A stretch of 37,626 nt of DNA from an uncultured Dehalococcoidaceae bacterium. Lineage in GTDB: Bacteria > Chloroflexota > Dehalococcoidia > Dehalococcoidales > RBG-16-60-22. The DNA is taken from contig CAYWAU010000002.1 in assembly GCA_964456395.1 (NCBI GenBank), forward strand, positions 1 to 37,626. The letters run 5' to 3'. The notes under the pieces are model-generated. The model had not been told where the DNA came from. It made no database searches and was given only the letters and a program-made list of their open reading frames with translations. The position numbers were made by a program, and so were the translations under genes. Positions within the stretch are counted from its first letter, which is position 1; each line of letters starts with the position of its first letter. This document shows, piece after piece, positions 35,301 through 37,626 of this stretch.

Positions 35301-37626
35301 GTTCCGTCTGTTTCTACCTGGATGGTGCCGGGGGTTATATCAATCGGAATAGGTGCACCGGGCGGCGCCGCGGTTAGTGTAATGGTATTGCCGATGGTGA
35401 AACCGGCACCGGATATGCCAATGTGCTCTCCGGGTCTGGCCTGTGCCGGGTTAATGGTGACGGTGGCATGCCCCTTGCCCTCACCGATATCTGGCATGAC
35501 ACCGAAGCCGAGCGGTACTACGGCCGCTTCATCGCCGCTAACACCGCGAATGCTGACCGGGTAGGGGCCCGGTGGTGTACGGGTGCTGACATTGAGTGTT
35601 AGCGTGGCACTGCCGGAGCTGCCCGGTGATACTTCCACTACGTTGCTTGGGGTGAAGTTGGCGGAGATTCCCGGTGCCAGTCCATCAACGTACAGGGTTA
35701 CATTAGCTGTTGTTGTGCTGACGGACCTTGTATTGACGGTAATTGTCACGTTGCCGCCCTGTACTACGGGTGGCAGGTATGGAGGTGATAACTGGAGGAT
35801 GAATTTAGCCTGGGCACCCCTGATGGAGAATGGCCGCGAGTCATATAAGTAGCTGCCATCTCCGGTAGCCACGGCGACCCTGACATCATAGATTCCCGGG
35901 TCAAGCCCGGTAGGCATCTGGAAGACGCCGTTGAAATTGCCATTGGCGTCGGTGGTGAGGTTTTCAGGAATGGCCACCGACTGCGAGCCGAACTCAAGGC
36001 TGGTGACGCTCTGATTCGCCGAGAACCCTGTTCCGGAGAAGGTTACCTTATATTTCTTGTCGGTGTAGCCTGCTGGAGCAAAGTCAGGTTCCAGTGTGAA
36101 CTCGGGCATCTGGAAGATGGCCGGCGGTGTAACGCCGAAGCCGAAGGGCATCATCCTCTCTTCACTGCCGCTGACACCGCGAATGGTTAACGGATAGTGG
36201 CCCGGTGGGGTTGAAGCCCTGGTGGTAATGGTCAGTTTGGTGCTGCTGGAGACGCCCGGCGAGACGGTGAGACTGGTATCATCAAAGGTAGCGGTGACCC
36301 CAGGCGGTAGTCCGTCAACATACAGGTTTACGGTCACACCCTGGCTGGTAGATTCGACAAAGATGGTAGTATTACCTGAGTCTCCCTGTGGTACGCCGGG
36401 CATGAAGCCCGGAACGACATCAAGTTTGAATGATACACCGACATCTTCTATAAAGAATGGCTTGGCGATAAATACCGGATGTAGCATGCCCGTTTTTTGT
36501 GCTTCTACCTCCACCATGTAGTGACCCACACCGAAATCACTGGGTACATTGAAGACAAGGCTTAGGTCACCGTCTTCGTTGGCGACGGTATCGTCTGGCA
36601 CTGGCAGCGGCCTGCCGGCGAAGCGGAGATGGGTAACCTCAGCTCCTGCGGGGAAGTCGGTCGCTTTTATCGTAACCTTCCTTTTCACCGGTCCGGCAGT
36701 CGGGTTAAGGGTAATTTCAGGGAACCAGACACCCTGTTGTGCCATCCAGTTCACGTCCATGAACTCCATCGGCGGCTCGACGTCAAATTCGATGTGGGTG
36801 TAGAACTCATTGCTACCGGAGGCACCCTTAATCTCGGCGCCGTAGTGACCCGGTGGGATGTGGCCCGGTACAAGGTTGAGGGTAGTGCTTACAGAGCCGC
36901 CGGGAGGAACGGTTAATTGAGCCATTGAGAAAGAAGCGGTAATACCCGCTGGAATCTTATCCACGCTCAGATCAACATCAGCACCTTCGCCCATCGATGT
37001 AACCCTGATGGTGGTGGTGCTGCCGCTGGGTGGGATAGGTGGCAGCCAATCGGGCTCGGCCCTCATGGTAAAGGCGATGTCGTCGGCGGTCACCTGGAAG
37101 GGCTTCATGATGAAGACTTCCGGTTCGTTGACTTTCTGGGCTTCGACCTCTACATCATACCAGCCGGAGGTGATGTTAGCGCTCCACATGGTCTTGGGCA
37201 CGTTGAAGACGAGGGTGAATTCGCCGTTGTTATCGGTGGTGGTATTGGCGGGTACGGGTAGGTCCATACCGGCGAAGCGGAGCCGGGTGACGTTGGCGCC
37301 GGCGGGGAAGTCGGTGGCACTGATGTTGACTGGCCTACCTGCCTGTCCGATGTTTGGAGTAAGGACAATCTCGGGGAAGTAGAACAGGTACATATCGTTA
37401 GAGGTCATGTTCATGTCATACATCATGTTCATGTCACCCATCATGTCGCCAAAATCCTGGCGCATGTTCATGAACGCCATGGGCGGCTCGACGTCGAATT
37501 CTATATGAGTATAGAAGGTCTTCTGGGCACCGCTGACGGTGGCCGTACCCTTGATTTCGGCGCCGTAGTGCCCCGGAGGAATATGGCCCGGTACAAGGTT
37601 GAGGGTAGTGCTTACAGAGCCGCCGG
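32315..37626 (-). CDS. Giant tail-anchored cell-surface protein (S-layer/adhesin-like), 5' end outside the window
   Basis: The frame stays open to the window edge. Codons upstream of the ORF-track Met (37480) read ...GGSVSTTLNLVPGHIPPGHYGAEIKGTATVSGAQKTFYTHIEFDVEPP, which is another copy of the internal repeat. The protein has at least 5 IPT/TIG-like plus CARDB/NEW3-like domain pairs and two domains ending in HFSxWTL/HFTVFTV. It then has a clear CARDB domain (ISPAVVYPDESVTISATIANTGDLAGSHEVTLMINGE), a Pro/Thr/Glu-rich stalk, a single TM and a basic tail. Confidence 0.88.
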   Translation of the reverse strand, partial: GGSVSTTLNLVPGHIPPGHYGAEIKGTATVSGAQKTFYTHIEFDVEPPMAFMNMRQDFGDMMGDMNMMYDMNMTSNDMYLFYFPEIVLTPNIGQAGRPVNISATDFPAGANVTRLRFAGMDLPVPANTTTDNNGEFTLVFNVPKTMWSANITSGWYDVEVEAQKVNEPEVFIMKPFQVTADDIAFTMRAEPDWLPPIPPSGSTTTIRVTSMGEGADVDLSVDKIPAGITASFSMAQLTVPPGGSVSTTLNLVPGHIPPGHYGAEIKGASGSNEFYTHIEFDVEPPMEFMDVNWMAQQGVWFPEITLNPTAGPVKRKVTIKATDFPAGAEVTHLRFAGRPLPVPDDTVANEDGDLSLVFNVPSDFGVGHYMVEVEAQKTGMLHPVFIAKPFFIEDVGVSFKLDVVPGFMPGVPQGDSGNTTIFVESTSQGVTVNLYVDGLPPGVTATFDDTSLTVSPGVSSSTKLTITTRASTPPGHYPLTIRGVSGSEERMMPFGFGVTPPAIFQMPEFTLEPDFAPAGYTDKKYKVTFSGTGFSANQSVTSLEFGSQSVAIPENLTTDANGNFNGVFQMPTGLDPGIYDVRVAVATGDGSYLYDSRPFSIRGAQAKFILQLSPPYLPPVVQGGNVTITVNTRSVSTTTANVTLYVDGLAPGISANFTPSNVVEVSPGSSGSATLTLNVSTRTPPGPYPVSIRGVSGDEAAVVPLGFGVMPDIGEGKGHATVTINPAQARPGEHIGISGAGFTIGNTITLTAAPPGAPIPIDITPGTIQVETDGTWATEITIPEAGQVPPGSYVIKASDGAMASKNTFSIVPATNADFFLNVSPPFLEIVQSESGTITLTLSSKNGFKEAVSFSVGHLAPGVTATFKDTNGNTIGKFSGTPGGIREVITPTALTPIPGEDLTITTLIDVDSGTPIGPYDIALEAETGTIFRAVPLGLMVNSPGASLVISPMSGPADTDIRLSGSGFTAGETVTAIFAGTSITTIPATITVAQDGTFTATITAPSVTAGIHPVSVTGATSGIIIDRPFGLKPSAVNAFVLYASPQKVDIPKDGSSTITTKIEPLGSFQSAVTLSVSGLSAIADATANISPSATVTPSIATPTTATLTINVPAGATVGRYPLVITATSGTITQTRKITAKVVPPTNTPDFSISLAPNTVPISPNSNGNTTVTAAAINGFTGTVNLAVTMSDPAAAWPSEVSATTGDVTPSATTGLGKKAVIFNVAAGTQPGSWTFKITGTSGTLERSAEVMVICTPSGTTITPYASPRLDPTTITTSTPVDMEPPWGDKITINGIINDGSEASVITPAKVDVAPDTLGSLPEGASDMLGRVTNVESSAPVDGVEWDLGFPFDSDNLTAAGFDEENLKVAYLNPSTGTWTEVTTTIDTTNKIAYASPDHFSSWTLIATPAPPPSTVVTEFSGGGSGGGGGGVTSLSESITTTGRIIDDVTAESVDGIVELDIPKNTIGKNRMDQPLYNISIKPKSAPSAPPTDVSIIGLVYDLYPDGATFDPPISLSFTYDESLLPVGVAEENLVIATWQAGNWVELEDTTVDPTGNTITAPISHFTVFTVMAHNASATFEISAFDISPAVVYPDESVTISATIANTGDLAGSHEVTLMINGEVTAIEEVNLAGQASQQVTFTLKPHNAGNYAVDVNGLSATLIVREAAAKPEEAEEPTPSEAPAIPSEAQPTQPGVTLAPTEVQQTPSEAPSEEQPTVPGAPAPSALHPTPSAPPAKAPLQISLWLIIVIVAVGIVIGIVIWRTVAGRKAS
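36861..36903. repeat. Exact 43-nt direct repeat, copy 1 (partner at 37584-37626)
   Basis: TGGCCCGGTACAAGGTTGAGGGTAGTGCTTACAGAGCCGCCGG is identical at both positions, 723 nt (241 codons) apart. Flanking sequence is similar but diverged. Confidence 0.95.
37584..37626. repeat. Exact 43-nt direct repeat, copy 2 (truncated by the window end)
   Basis: Identical to 36861-36903. The identity may extend past the window edge. Confidence 0.95.

Larger units (their letters stand above)
33866..37626 (-). repeat. Intragenic tandem array of divergent 200-241-codon modules (IPT-like plus CARDB-like pair)
   Basis: Recurrent protein motifs mark each module: F/Y-PEITLNP...ATDFPAGA.VT.LRFAG..LPVP...VFNVP......Y.VEVEA, then ...LYVDGL.PG..A.F.......V.PG.S....L.......PPG.YP..I.G.SG. 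About 5.5 units are visible, and the array continues beyond the window. Confidence 0.8.

Noticed and set aside
32301-37382. Many 60-180-aa plus-strand ORFs antisense to the giant surface-protein gene (for example 33963-34508, 34493-34894, 37008-37382)
   Set aside because: Long stop-free antisense frames are expected opposite a Gly/Pro/Thr/Val-rich, GC-biased repetitive gene. The translations are low-complexity, with no starts supported by an RBS.
1-37626. Looked for CRISPR arrays, tRNA/rRNA/tmRNA/RNase P genes, IS elements, toxin-antitoxin pairs and known defence-system genes
   Set aside because: I saw no regularly spaced short repeats, no cloverleaf-capable or conserved-RNA motifs and no transposase/integrase-like ORFs. 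No small adjacent ORF pairs or nuclease/helicase/methylase signatures were visible in the six-frame track. Absence is judged by eye only and should be confirmed with tRNAscan-SE, Infernal, ISEScan and DefenseFinder.

Overview
The window is 37.6 kb of prokaryotic chromosome with dense, mostly minus-strand coding. I found no rRNA, tRNA, CRISPR array, transposase or integrase. It divides into four blocks. (1) 1-7260, minus strand: a corrinoid salvage and transport operon behind a cobalamin riboswitch, in the order btuF-btuC-btuD-like ABC importer, cbiB, cobD, cobT, cobS, cobQ (running off the window). (2) 7338-14208: a metabolic island made of a minus-strand MmgE/PrpD-family gene diverging from a plus-strand run of SDR epimerase/dehydratase, FAD_binding_2 flavoprotein, EtfB, EtfA and a small cupin. 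(3) 14294-31902, all minus strand: a signalling-rich type IV pilus (T4P) locus. It encodes an HTH protein, pilA, a membrane GAF/PAS kinase, REC, a REC-PAS kinase, REC, pilB, pilC, two pseudopilins, a PilX-like minor pilin with a beta-helix, pilO and a pilM-N fusion. These are followed by a cytoplasmic PAS kinase, an OmpR-type regulator, a small secreted protein and an orphan REC. (4) 32315-37626, minus strand: a giant (>1769 aa, 5' end outside the window) tail-anchored surface protein built from alternating IPT/TIG-like and CARDB-like domains. The most interesting items follow. A four-gene phosphorelay cassette lies between pilA and pilB, and its last REC gene overlaps the pilB start codon. 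A minor pilin is fused to a bactofilin-like beta-helix. The giant repetitive surface protein carries a Met-rich insert and shows signs of recent intragenic duplication. A PrpD/flavoprotein/ETF/cupin cluster has no assignable pathway. The gene content (B12 salvage without de novo synthesis, monoderm-type pilus with no secretin, many PAS kinases) suggests an anaerobic monoderm such as a Chloroflexota/Dehalococcoidia-like organism, but that is inference only. All family assignments come from reading motifs in the supplied translations; no database search was run.
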